The position numbers and the translations under genes are program-made. A stretch of DNA of 56,301 nt, counting the filler, from Gonapodya sp. JEL0774 (Eukaryota), in NCBI GenBank assembly GCA_027604505.1. It is 3 parts of 3 records of this genome, joined end to end, with 100 filler letters (N's around TTAATTAATTAA, not from the genome) between each part and the next. Parts side by side here need not be neighbours in the genome. Positions count along the whole stretch, not along the records: positions 19,062 to 37,870 come from JADIIX010000258.1; 2 more parts are not named here. One strand, written 5' to 3'. Numbering within the stretch: position 1 is the stretch's first letter; every line of letters starts with the position of its first letter. This document shows positions 22,914-35,348 of this stretch, piece by piece. Below the pieces are notes generated by a model. That model saw nothing but the letters and a program-made list of their open reading frames with translations. It was not told the origin of the DNA and ran no database searches.

Positions 22914-25900
22914 TCATGAGCCTGTCGCACTTCTTTCAATCTGTGGCGGTGGTCCTTCGCCGCCGTTCTTTGGTTGTTGATTCGGTACTATGACAAACAA
23001 TCGCTTCTCGTGATTGTTCTGTTTTCATAGAGATTATAAAGGTTTGATTTGAAAATTTTCCTTAACCATTTATCTTACCTTGTTCCACCATCGGAGCATC
23101 AGCGAGTCCTCGGTAGGCAAGAGGTGAAAACCTCCAACCACAGCAGTGTAAAGGCCAAGAATTCCTTCCAATAGGGGTTTATGAGTTACAGAAACAGATC
23201 ACATTGTGTCAGGACTCACCCATCAAGACGACATAGAATATGAGCGCTAATTAAGTTGCATTTTTGAGAAAGGGTAAAAGCGAGGGTGTTGCTGTCATGC
23301 AACTCATTAACGTACGCTGAAACATGACGCTCACTTGTTTGGTAGGTTGCATTCTTCACGCAGTTCACTACAATGTACGATCACCCGATGAGCACCCAAA
23401 TCTCGTTTACGACAGACAAATTGAAGTGTAGCAACTCACCGATGATGGTGACTGTAGGAACAATAACCAGGTAAGCTGCCCCAGGAATACCGAGAGGTGA
23501 TCGAAACGGCCTGGCTACCTTTGGATACTTTAGTTGAAACCCTATGTACGTGATCCCCACCCCTAGGAACAGAAAACGGTATGAAGAGTTCCGCTTTACG
23601 GCACTTCTGCCCCCCAAAATGTTGACGCACCCATGTATCTGTGGTTAAGATTTACAGAAGGAGGTGAGGCGACGGTGCTTGTGCACTGTGGCATTTTACT
23701 CACGCGACAAATCCCGAAACAACTGTCAGATTAAGAAGAAGTGTAATCGAAGACGATTCTGAGTTGTTTTTTTGCAAAACCCAGACCACAATCGATACAA
23801 CGTATGCAAAAATTGCAACAACGACGGTGGCTCGCCAAGGTACAAAATCTTTGTTGTCCGCAGTCACGGAGAGGAAGTGAGGTAGATAACCGGTTCTCGA
23901 CAGTGCCCAAAGTTGTCTCCCTGATGCCCATAACATTGCCAGAAGGTTACACATATAAGATGGGACAAGGTAAAGGATAAAGGGTCGGTGCCAGGCTTCC
24001 CCCTATCATTGAATGAGCATCACCATGCCACGTCAATTGTGATTTATGATGCAGTGGGTCACCATCGAGTATTCTGGATGAACAGACTCACATAAAGGTT
24101 TGCCATCACATCAACCATGGGATATGCCGAGTTCTCCATCACATATGCACCAGGTGTTACTGACACAGGGAAACGTGGATAAATTTAACAAAACATAGCG
24201 TGAAGAGCGAAGATTTACCGAGAACGTTGAAAATCATCAAAAGCTATCGAAGGAACGGAAACTCTAAGATTTCCTTCGTTTGAGCACGACTCATAACGCG
24301 ATCAGCAGCACACACCGTTGCACACACAGCAAGAAACAGCCATGTTGCCCACAGACTGCGTGGCGTGTTCACCGCGGGTTCGATCATTTCTTTTGATGCA
24401 ACGCTGAGGCACTCGAGTCCCGTGAAGAACCAAGCGGCGTCCGGAATCACAGTAATGATACCCGTAATACCATAGGCGAAACGTTCCACCTCGCAAATAG
24501 CAGTAGAAATGACAGACGCGCATTGTCCTGTTGTTTCATCGACCTCCGCGCACACACAAGGATCTGTCGGCGACACGAGTTCTGCTGGTGAGCCCCATGC
24601 AAAGGAGGTGTCCAGATGCGCTGCTGCAACTCCAGAGAAAATGAGTATTTGCACACCACAAGTAATGGCCAACACTGCCATCAGGTTCCAGCTCAGGACG
24701 TTGTAACGAGTGACGATGACCGCTGCGACAAAAAGGTATTTCAAACCAAGATCGTTGGCGTGTGAACCGCAACGTAGGCACTCTCACTTCCTAAAATGAG
24801 ATAGAAGGCCATAATCAACGGACCCCATACATTGTTATCAATGTTCAGCATCTCCGCGACATAGCCTGAGCCACCGACAAGTACCAAGCATATGAAGCTA
24901 GTGTATTCGACCAGCTCACTACCGTTCACGGGAGTAAACAAGTTGAACAGCCACTATTTCAGCGAGAGAAGGAAGAAGTACACAAACGCACCTGTTGCCA
25001 ATCACAAAACCAAGCCAGCTGTCCAAAACGGCGCGACAGTACGCAAACGCACCTCCTGTAACTGGAATCGCTGTTGACATCTCGGCAAGACAAAAAGCGA
25101 GTGAAGCATACATCTGATGAATGCAGTTCAAAACGTTGATTCAAATCAACCCAAAAGACCATGGGAAGAGGGGGGGCTCACAAGACCAGCGATCACGGTC
25201 GCGACCCAGAAACCACCATAACCAGCATGAAGACCAATATTCCAACCAGCAAACTCTCCCGATATTACAGCGCTCACTCCGAGGCCAAGGAGCTGCAGGA
25301 AATTGGCTTTGAAAGTTGGGGGGACCCGTCGTTCCATGTATATCAACCACCGGTCGGTCACCATCGAGTCGTCAGGGTAGACTAGCGACGACGAATAGTG
25401 ATCAGCGTCGCAATGTTGTGCCGCGGCTGGCGGCCGGCATCCTCACCGTCATACAATACTTTCTCGTGCCACCATTTTCGGCCACGCAGGTAAAGTTGCA
25501 AGAGCTTGCCCTCGGTATGGATGGATCTGATACTTCCAGCGTTCCCATATTCACCAACAACGCTTTGCCTCCGTGACAGCCTGTTCTTCTGTACAGGAGC
25601 AATGATTTGACCGACAGTGTCCCGCCTAGATGAGCTCAAAGAGCCGAGATAACTCCCCAAGCCCGTACTTGAGCTGGCATGGTCATCTTTTTTACCGTCG
25701 GTGGGATTTGATGAATTGCTTATAGAAGCACGTTTAACGGTGGTGGCAACAATAGCTACACCAGAATCGTCAACTGAATCTTCAGATTTCTCTGCCGTAG
25801 AAACCGAGAAAGACACCCTGGCACGGGTTGGTGCGGATTCTTGCACAGACGAGCTGTCGGGCACCGCGAGCATTTCTATCTGTCGAGGAGTGGGTACCGT

Positions 25901-26542
25901 CTCAGGATCAACAGGAATAGCGAATGCAGAGCTTGTCATGGCCTTGCCAAAGAAGTACTCTGCATCCTGCCGAATGTCCTCCAGCGCATCTAATTCTGCT
26001 TCCTTTTCCTGGAGTGGGGACAACCCGGGTGCATCGTTTCCGGCAAAGTTTCGAATGTCTTGTGACACGGCTTGGACAAATTGCTCAATAGATTGTTGGC
26101 GGCTGGAGCGACTCATGCCACTCGCGTTGGAATGAGACAAAGAGAGATTGCCGGAGAGTCTCCTTCCGGTGTCGGTGGATTTGCTTTTTGGGAGTTTCCC
26201 AGGTACTTTTGGGCCTCTTGATCCCCCGGTGGTCGTCGACATGGTTCTTGCCATGTCCTCAGTAGGTTTGGTCTTCCCATCGGATGAGGTTCGTTTTACC
26301 ACCGACAACGAATTGGGCAGCGATCCAAGATACGGAGGGCTTATCTTTACAACAGGAGAGTCACTATCCGATGGGCGATGATTGGGTGACTTTTGAGTGA
26401 GCGAATCGCTTGGCTCTGGCTCCTCAACAGGCACTGCAGCAAGTTGAGGAGGAGATGGCGACAAGTTCTTTGCGTGGGACTCTCTTGGTCCGACAATCAT
26501 TTGACCAGGAGAGGTTTCATTCGAATCGGCGGCAGCTGCCAT
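22914..26542 (-). CDS. APC-superfamily amino acid/amine permease, ethanolamine permease (Eat)-like, with long disordered N-terminus
   Basis: TM1-3 read LLGLGVSAVISGEFAGWNIGLHAGYGGFWVATVIAGL|MYASLAFCLAEMSTAIPVTGGAFAYCRAVL...ELVEY. TM6 reads AAWFFTGLECLSVASKEMIEP. Also ASGRQLWALSRTGYLPHFLS and RPFRSPLG. The last exon ends ...ERSATGS* at 22914. Confidence 0.88.
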
Positions 26543-26887
26543 TTAGGATTCGACGAGAGGGGGTGATGTTGTTACAAAGACGTTCCTTCTTCGCCACCAG
26601 GGACGATCCTGTCCCAACCAGGCAGCTTCGTCTTAGATGGCATCGATAATGCATCGAGCGGAAATAATAGAGGAAACAAGCTTTCACGAAATTTCAGATT
26701 TTCGCCAAAGTTTCCGTTGGATGCATGTTCTTTCCGCAGCACAATGAGCGCGGAACCACCTTGGGAAACGGCGCAAATAATATGCAGAGCGTGCAGCCGA
26801 TTTCTTTCTCTCAGCACTCTTCGACTCCATCAAGACTCTGGGATTTCTTGAATTCTTTTCTTCATCACCTCCTTTCTTCAATCAACC

Positions 26888-28539
26888 ATGAGAGTCGCTT
26901 CCTTCCTGCTCATCAACCTTGCCCTCGCTTCAGCTTCCATCGCACGCCCGTTCCCACTATTCAAAGCTGCTCCTCTCTCCCTTCAGAACTTCGATGAATT
27001 CTCCCACCTCTTGCGGAGCGGTGACCTCCTCTCGTCAGTCACGGCCCTCGAATCTGAGTTCGCCGTCGCTCCGATGACGTGCGTGGACCCAAACGCAGAT
27101 CTGCCGGTCAAGGGCGAATTTGCTCAACTCGCGTTCCCTATCTCGAATGTTACGCTCATCGACATTGAGACCAAGGGCCGCGCCATTGGAAACGTTTCCA
27201 TATCTGTCGTCACTCTCCCTCCTTCTCCCACTCCGCCTTCCTCTCCTTCAGACCCAAGCGAACCCGTAGCAACCGAGCCTGAACCTATCTCGGCTGGACC
27301 CAATGTTACATTCTCCGTTTCACTCTCGGCCAACACTCCGGCTTTGCTCGCCTCGCTGATGCTGACACCGCCCACACTGGTTTTGGATCCTCTCACTGGT
27401 ATTCTCACTTTCAACTTGACCACCCCTACCAAGTTTTTGGTTCCGACCGAGTGAGTCACAAAGATAGTTTTGTAACTTTCTCCACAATCAAACCTGACGT
27501 GGCCACATCTATCCCCTACACGACTCCCACTTTTACATACCTACATTCATCTATCCCCTGCACGACTCCCACTTCTCCATACATCTATCCCCTACAAAAA
27601 CGCAGCTGTGCCATCGTTAAGGTCAAGGTTACCGTCCCCAAATCAGAAACCGCCGTCGCCGCGCTCAAAGTTCGTGCTGCCATGATGGGCATCGATGTTA
27701 CAGGTACCGGCGCTGCCTCGAATCCCGACGATACTCTCGACTTCCAATCGCTGGACCTCATGAGCGTTTTTGGAAATGTCGGCATCTCTCAGGTAAGAGA
27801 CACGGACACGTTGAGGTGACTCTTTGATTCCGGTGTATTCACACATGTTTTTTCTGTTCGTTAGGCCAAAGTCAACACAACTGTAAGCGTGCTGGGTGTG
27901 AACGGTGCCGTCAGCGGCGACTCCATCTACGCTGGTGTGAATGTTACATACATTGCCACTCGGGGTGCGTTGCTTGTTCACGTGCAGGTGCAAGAAGCGC
28001 AACCGTAACCCTAACCGTAACTCACTTTACATGACCGAAACTCAGGTGCCGTTTCCCTGGTCGATTCCAAAGTCAACGGAAACGTGTCCCTCACGTCCGT
28101 TCTGGCATCCGTAGTCGCTTCTCAGGTGTCCTTCAACGGTTCTTTCAACGCGTCCTCACGTCTTGGCGATGCTCGCGCTGGTCCCATTACTATTCTGAAG
28201 GTGTGTTGCTCTCCGTTCACGCCACACTGTCGACACCACGTCGTTACGTCCTTACTCCTTATCCCGCAGGACCCTGCCTACGTCGTCCCCACCTCTGTCT
28301 CCGTATGGTCCGTCCTCGGTGCGGCGTATGTTGAGATCTCTGATCCCTTTGACGGCCCTTTCAACGCCAGCTCTGGCTTTATGTCCGCGCCTGTCATCAC
28401 GGACACCAAAAACCTCATCACCGTCGTGCCAGGTATCTACCCGGCCAAGGTGTCGGGATTCCGGGGTTTGGCCACGGGAAGTGACTCGGCGGAGGTGTCG
28501 AGTAAGGTTGGAGCTTCTACGCTCAAGTTCATTGGGTGA
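26888..28539 (+). CDS. Secreted beta-strand-rich protein (possible adhesin-like/DUF4097-type beta repeats), multi-exon
   Basis: Signal peptide MRVASFLLINLALASASIA. Repeated V/S/G/N-rich strands (LDLMSVFGNVGISQ, VLGVNGAVSG, SKVNGNVSLTSV, FNGSFNASSRLG). The family assignment is by resemblance only. Confidence 0.6.
27506..27596 (+). repeat. Short intronic tandem duplication (CATCTATCCCCTRCACGACTCCCACTT x2 plus a partial copy)
   Basis: Copies start at 27506, 27548 and 27582, inside intron 27451-27605. Confidence 0.85.
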
Positions 28540-28703
28540 AAAGAGAGGCGGTGTGGTGCTTCGAAACCATGAAAAAGTTACTCATCATTGCTGTTTAGAA
28601 AATGTATATTCGAACTTTGCCTGCATATTACTCCCGATGTAGTTTATTGCCAACGTATTGGTTCCCACGGAAAAAATTGCGCGCATCCCTACTCGTTATC
28701 ACA

Positions 28704-29412
28704 TCAGACCTTCTTAGTTGCTGCAGGAGAGTCAAACATCTCGATCTTCTCTTCGTCTGTTTTCCCTGCCTCGTACGCGATCAACATTGCACGACCAGAG
28801 CGCTCGTACACTCGCGCGTGCACGCAACCATATGGTGGTGAATTGATGCGGATCTGCCCAAACGGATCAGAAGAGATTGAGAAGCAAATGGGAAACTTGT
28901 ACCTTAATGAAGAGCGTCACGCCATTTGAGCTGCCACCCGTCATTGTTTTGTACGAAAGAACCTGTTACGTGCAACCAGTGTGTGAGCGAACCGCTCGAT
29001 ATGCTGGACGAAGTCGTCTCAGACGTACGTCATAAGAGGTAAAAGAGGTTCCCATAAGAGATTGCAGTCTGCCACGAATCTGCTCCGCGGCGGCCCGGGA
29101 GCGGTCGTCCAGTGGAAGCAGGTCCTCTAACACACCGAACCCGCACGAACTCTGGGCACGGACAAGATAGCACAGCACACACTGAAAAAACGACCACCCA
29201 CGAGACAGCGCCGCTGGAGATTTCTCCGTACTTGGAGGTACGACGACGGTCCTCCCCGCCAAACCGTGGACGACCGTCGGAGTTGAAGGATTCACGTCGG
29301 GAACCGGAGCGGGGGGCAGCCCCATGTCTGCACGCATCTGGTCCCAGTTGGGTTTTTCTTTTCTTTCGCGTGGTGCCGGGGTGGGTTTGTTGTAGGTGAC
29401 GCCTTGGTTCAT
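28704..29412 (-). CDS. Stefin (type 1 cystatin)-like domain protein with Pro-rich N-terminal extension
   Basis: Spliced C-terminus CGFGVLEDLLPLDDRSRAAAEQIRGRLQSLMGTSFTSYD|VLSYKTMTGGSSNGVTLFIK|IRINSPPYGCVHARVYERSGRAMLIAYEAGKTDEEKIEMFDSPAATKKV* follows the layout of cystatin A/B. The 5' exon structure is uncertain. Confidence 0.65.
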
Positions 29413-29862
29413 GAGATTGCGAGGAATGGTGTAGGCCTGTCCGCGACAGAATGACGAGAGGGCGGAGGGAACAACGAGGGAAATAATACATGGACTGACC
29501 ATTTTTGCGGACTTGTGAAGATTCAGAATGATTCGGCCGGGGTTCTGAGAGAAGCCGCAAGCCTGTGCAGGAAGGCCACAGCACCAAACAGGACCAGCTG
29601 CAGTCGAATATTTCATCACGAAGAAACAAATCTGTTCCTGCTCCTTCACAAAATGTTGTTTATGTGAGCACTTCGCAACGCATCGTTTCTCATTGCAAGA
29701 GGAAGCTCCTGTCGCTAGTATTCTATAAGCTACTTTCAGCCCCCTCTCTTTCCTCTGAAGCGAGCGAAATGTGGAGTACCGAGAGAGGAAACCTTGCAGT
29801 ACGATCTTGGGTGAATTTCTTGACTGAATTAGCTTTTCCACGGTAAATCAGGGAATCAGGTA

Positions 29863-31250
29863 TTAGGATACACGTATCAAGAAATTATTTACAAAGTCCG
29901 GTGATCGTGTGATGACCTGTGTTGGGAGGGGGACGTGGGCGATGGGGTCGGGGCGGGGGGGGGGGGTTCCATACGTGAACGTGAACGGCGGGAGGGGACC
30001 ATAACCGGTGAAGTAGTAGCAACGACACGAATTTTATGAGCAGACGAGGGCCGGAAAGGGGAAACGAGAGGGGGTCATAGTGTGATGGTTGGGCACCTCG
30101 GAAGCGAGTACGTGACCGCAAACCCCACTTGCACACCCCGCACACCGCCTTCGGGCTCAACTCACGTGTTCAAACTCTACAAAGCTGAGTCGTTTGTCGC
30201 CTGGTAAGAGAGAATGAACGAGAGAATGACGAAGAAGGACACAAGATTGATCGGAGAGCATGGTTTGTTTGGCCGTGTGTGTGTGATGATGATGATGATG
30301 AGAGAGATACGGTTCGGTGCGATGAATATACTATCACATACCGTCAATGTCTGCTTCTTCGAAGATCTAAAGGTCACGTGCCGACGGGGAGATAAGGTCA
30401 TGTGAGGAAAATATACCTCTCTTGGTGACCCCAGAAGCAAAGAGTGGTTTCTCACTGTCCCAGGTGTCCCAGAGTCTGAATCCCACTCCGGCCAACAAAT
30501 GTCCAACCTATCCACGGCGCTCCTGCCTGCCCCAAATCAGTACAACAAACTCACGTTATCGCAGACGACCTTGATCTCTTCACTGTTGAGTTCGTCGCCG
30601 ACGACGAGTTTGACGACTTTGGAGATGTCGTCTTCGTTGAGGTAACCGTCTTCGTCAAAGTCTGGAGGGGGTTGAGGGGTTCATGAAAGGATGGAGTGGG
30701 TGGAGTGAAGGACAGTTGGGCTCGGATGTAGATTAACGACACCGTGGTGCGAGAGTTGCGAGTAGGGGGAGCCGGAGAACTCTAACACACCATACAGACG
30801 GAACGCGTAGAACGCCTTGACATCTCTGGTAGCGCTTTCTGAGAAGACGGAAAGGAAGTCGAGGAAATCGTCGAAAGTTGCGTTTTTGTCGCCGCTGGTG
30901 ATGAAGGCTGTTGAACGGAGGGGGATGAGAGAGCGAGAGCGAGAGAGAGGGGGCCAAAAAGACCGATCAGCCGAGAGAGTGAGGAAAAGGAAGGGGAAGG
31001 TTGTTATGGATGGAGGGAGGTGATGATGGGAGAGCAAAAGGTGCCGACCTTCAGCGATTCGCTCCTTGAATGGGTTCTGAGCGAGTTCGGGGAGAGCAAG
31101 GAATTCGTCTCTTGTAAGAGTGTCTTTTGATTTGCCGGTGATGCGTTTGAACCATTTGTGGATGCGCAAGATCTCTCGTTTAGTGAAGAAGGTGCATTCC
31201 TCCAGGACGTCGAGTTCCTCGTCTGTGAAGTGGGAGTTCTTGTTGCCCAT
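29863..31250 (-). CDS. CIB: Calcium- and integrin-binding (CIB)/calcineurin B-like EF-hand protein, probably myristoylated
   Basis: MGNKNSHFTDEELDVLEECTFFTKREILRIHK...LPELAQNPFKERI|AF...TFDDFLDFLSVFSESATRDVKAFYAFRLY|DFDEDGYLNEDD...IFEEADID|GDKRLSFVEFEH|VITRSPDFVNNFLIRVS*. Confidence 0.9.
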
Positions 31251-31851
31251 TGGCGGGGGGGGAGGGGAACAGAGAAGAATGGGGGAGTTGGGGGTGAGGC
31301 GTGAGGCGTGAGGAGTGATCGGTGATCGGCGATCAGACTCCTGAACGAGCGACACTTTTTCCAACGGTGGGGTAGCTCAAATCTCGCTTGCACAAAATTT
31401 GCTGCGCAGTTGGAGTGGGGCAAAAAATCTGACATCCCAAATTCAAGTCCACGACGGAGCCGACAACCCCCTCCTTTCTGGATCCAAGCCATCTCATTTG
31501 CATCATAGGAGGTGCCGCCCGGGAGTTTGGGCTTGAATCGGGAGTTCATGGCGTTCTAGAGAACAGTGGGTTTGCTTCGACCCATTTGTTCGAAACTGAA
31601 GCTTGGTACATACAAACTCACAAAGGTACACATGTCCGGTACTTGAAAAACAAATTAATTTACTCGAGGGATACGTAAACATGTCTCTTCTACCACACAT
31701 TACGACACAACTGGCAGATGAGACAACCGGCCGATGAGTCTTTCTCCACACACCCCTGTGTCACCACGACCGATGACGTCAGCCCCAAATGCCGCCCCCG
31801 CCCCCGCCACCGCAAATTACCTATCTTCCTCCTCGTAAACTCCTCACAAGG

Positions 31852-34342
31852 ATGCAACCGCCGCGTCCGCCGCCCAGCCACGTTGCCTGCGACCTCGGCG
31901 CCACCTGCCTCCGCGCCAAGCTGTTCGAAGCTGCCGGTGAACAGGCCGGTCCGGCGAACCAAGCGACCACGGCAGGCGTCGTGGAGTCTCTGTACTCGGA
32001 CACGGCGGGGTTCAGTGAGTTGTTCTTGCACTCTGTTTTTTCTCGAGTGGTGTCGGGTTCGTGTGTCGTTCTAGAGTGTGCTCTGAACCCTTGTACCACA
32101 ATTTTCTCCTCAGTTCCTTCCACGCCCCGACCTGTAGGTCTTTCACAAACTTCCGACGGTAAGCTCTTGATCGTGTTTGATGTCGACGACAGCCACGAGC
32201 ACGCCTTCGTGGTCGGGAAACCGAGCCGTCCGGTGTTCCTCAAGGCAGTCCTCGACGTCCCCAAGGGGGTCACCCTCGATCACGCGGAGCGAGCCGTGTG
32301 AGTTGCCGTCCCCCTCGGTGGTATGTCCTTGCATCACACGGACACGACTTGACCATCGACTGCTGTGCACGCAGGGGAACGTCGCTCAAGTGGAGCCAAC
32401 TCGGAGACGTGCTGGTCCTCATCGACCCCCGGGTGGATCCTCCCTCCGCCTCGGACCGGCGGACCACACCCGAGTTCCCCACTCCACAACCTTCACCGTC
32501 CGTGGGGGATCTCCCGCTCTGCTCACCCACCGAGATCTGGACAACCGCCCCGGTGGTCGAGATTGACCTGAGGGGACGTGGCTACTGGGTGAAAGCCCTG
32601 GACGTGCTCGCCGTGAGCGTGCGCCGGCTCCGCCGGGACGCTGGCCAGGTGCGCAAGGTTTTTAACACCGACAAGACCTACTACGCCTTCACTGTGCCTC
32701 CGGGGTATGCGAGAGGACGCCAGTCCCTCCTCGACGTGCTCCGACGAGCCGAGTTCCCCCTCGACCGCGTACGAATCTACTCCGAGACCGCGGCTGCTCT
32801 CAGGGGGATCCGCGCCACGTACCAGCACTGCAACGTTTTCGAAAGGACGGCGACACGGAAAGGATCGGCGGTCGTGGCGTTGCTGGACCTCGGGGGACAC
32901 ACGTTCGACTTGCTGCTCTCCCGGGTGATGCCGGGTGGCATGACAACACCGCTTGCTGCAAGAACACTGGTCAAAGGGGGTGGGTGGGTCACGGAGCAGT
33001 GCGCCAACATCATGCAAGCCAAGGTCGCCACTGAGCTCCCACGAGCTAAGCTGCTGAAAGCTGCCGAGATGGCGAAACTGCAGATTTTGAGACGGCAAGA
33101 TTCACTTCATTGCAACCAAAGGGTTGGAGAGTATTGTTTACGGCTGGATCGGCGGGAAGTTGAGGGTGTCATGAAGGACTTGTTCCTGGAGGTGGCGAAT
33201 CATCTCATGTCAATGGCTATGGACGCTAAACTGACAGGAAGAAGCCTACGTTGTGTTCTTGACCACGTCGCCCTATTTGGTCTTGCCTTTTCGTGCGGAA
33301 ATGTGCGGTCTTTGTTGGAGTTGGCCATTGACGGAGACACCAGGGGAGAAGCTCGGGTCTCTTCCCAGGAACGGAACAATTGGCTGATCTTCCATGTCCG
33401 GCACGGTACAGAGTTGGTGGCACTAGGAGCGTCATTTTTACTCCAGGACGAGCTCACCGAAGGGTGAGCGGTGACGTTCCTGCGCGAGGCCCCATCCATC
33501 ACCGCGTCTGACTTGTACCGTGGTGGCCCCTGCAGCCGCCCATCTGTTGCAGAACTACTGCCATGCAACGTTGGAATCAAGTGCTACAACGGGTCGAAAC
33601 TTGGGTTCGAGGTTCTTTTTCCCGTGGGGACTTTGTTGCCGTCGAGATTGAGGGATCCAAAGTCCTACCAGGCGGGGAAGAAAAACAAAAGGGAAGACAG
33701 GGAATTTCCTGTTCAAGTAATGTATAACCCCAGCAGTGTTGACCTCGTTGGGGCGGAGATCCTGTGGACCGGTCATGCGATGCTACCTGAAGTATCAGAG
33801 GACTACCAGGTGACGCCGATAGATATCTTCCTAACGGTACATGCAGAGTGCGTTTGTGGTGTTCATTTCATGTTTTGTGTCTTGCTAAACCTCTACTCAA
33901 AAGCTTGAAGGTCTCCGCGGAAGTACATCCAAAGGGTGGGATTGGCATCACTGGATCAGCGGCGATCCAGGGTGCTGCACAGTTTGAAAACGTGTTTTCA
34001 TGCTATCTGCCACAGCACAAGAAGACAGTAAGCGATCGCGCCAAACTGTATGTTATACTTCGGCGGCGTCCATGGACAACCGCACCAGCTAAAAACATCT
34101 ACACCACACGTTGCAGGACGGAACAAGCGGCTACGTTGCTCACAGACCCAAGCACAAGTGATGACATGCGCACGAAGTGGAAAGATTTCCTCGATTCGGT
34201 GTGGTTTCTCCGTCCCGTGGACCTCGTCAAGGCAAAGGGCGAACTGACCAGAGACCTAGCGAAATTGAGCAGGAAGCGGCCACGAGACTTTGAAACAGAG
34301 AAAAGGGAAGAGGAAGAGGAACAAAAGGATGGAAGTGCGTGA
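31852..34342 (+). CDS. Highly divergent Hsp70-like protein (actin-fold NBD plus SBD-like region, basic/acidic tail)
   Basis: Hsp70 landmarks in the right order: VACDLGAT (GIDLGTT), AFTVPPGY (VTVPAYF), RIYSETAAAL (RIINEPTAAA), LLDLGGHTFD (DLGGGTFD), LLKAAEMAKLQI (CERAKRTL), TELVALGA (DEAVAYGA), ELLPCNVGI...FEVLFPVGTLLP (DVAPLSLGI...LIPRNTTIP). GT-AG introns are present. An alternative start lies at 31789. Confidence 0.8.
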
Positions 34343-35348
34343 GCGGTCGGTGGTTAAAGGGGATACGTCTTACGGGCGAAGGGCCTTGTGTGTTTTGGGT
34401 TCGCAGACGCAGCAAAGATAACATTTCTTGAAGGATGAACATCATTTGCTTTCTTGTAATACATTTTTGGGTTGTGGATATGTCGATTTCAATGTTAACG
34501 CCCTCCCCCACGACTAGCCACTCGCTCGCATTTTCGACCCGTTCCCAAATAAAATCCACGAAAGACAAATGCCTCGAATAATATGAAAAGTGAAGCTTTT
34601 TCAGTGAGTGTTCGCCGAACGTTTTTCACCGTCAGAGGAGATTGGAAGCAACGACAGGGGAATACAAAAAGGGACCAAGTGAGGAAGGGGAAGCAAGGAC
34701 ACGTGAACAGCGAACGGAAGAAGCAATGACCTCCAAGTCTCAAATCACAAATGGACACCTCATCAGTCCTCAGATACAACCATGAACCTGCACTCCTTCT
34801 AGCTTCCACCTTCCTCCCTGCCCACTATTTGTGATTCCTACCTTCGTTTCTTGGCATTTGGAATTCCATACACCTCCTGGCTCTTATCTAAGAATGTGTA
34901 AATTGATCTTTTTGACCATTGTTCATCTCGCACATCAACACTTTTCTGTCCTTACATGCACGAATGTGATAATGACAAGTATGAATTATTGTTACACAAG
35001 ATAATGGTGCTTGCTCTGTCAAGTGTAGGCTAAAAAAAAGGGGGAATGCCTATTCTGATTTGACGTATTACCATAATTTCATTGAAATCGACGTGTCTTC
35101 CCAGCACTCATTGCGCACAGCGCACTTGAAGGCATAACCTGGTGACATGGATAGGTGGGGTGGGGTGGAGGAAGGGGAGCGCGGTGAGATCAGGGGTGAT
35201 CGACCACAGTCTGAGCGATGTGCCCCCCGTGGACGTCGGTTGGAGACACGGTGGACAAAGGAGATTCGCACGGCAGAGTGAGGGGGACAACAGCGCAGCA
35301 GAAGAACAGAAACAGAGACAGACATTGAGGGAGGCCGAATCAGTAGCA

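Noticed and set aside
27506..27596. CRISPR-like repeat-spacer appearance
   Set aside because: Eukaryotic intron, 2.5 copies, spacers only 7-15 nt and no cas genes; a simple tandem duplication.
28001..28021. Telomere-like AACCGTAACCCTAACCGTAAC
   Set aside because: Only about three degenerate units, at the branch-point position of a short intron, where CTAAC is the expected consensus.
33465..33467. In-frame TGA between two same-frame Hsp70-like ORFs (possible selenocysteine/readthrough)
   Set aside because: It lies in a GTGAGC donor of an ordinary intron with CTGAC branch and CAG acceptor. The same applies to other apparent TGA stops at GTGAG donors.
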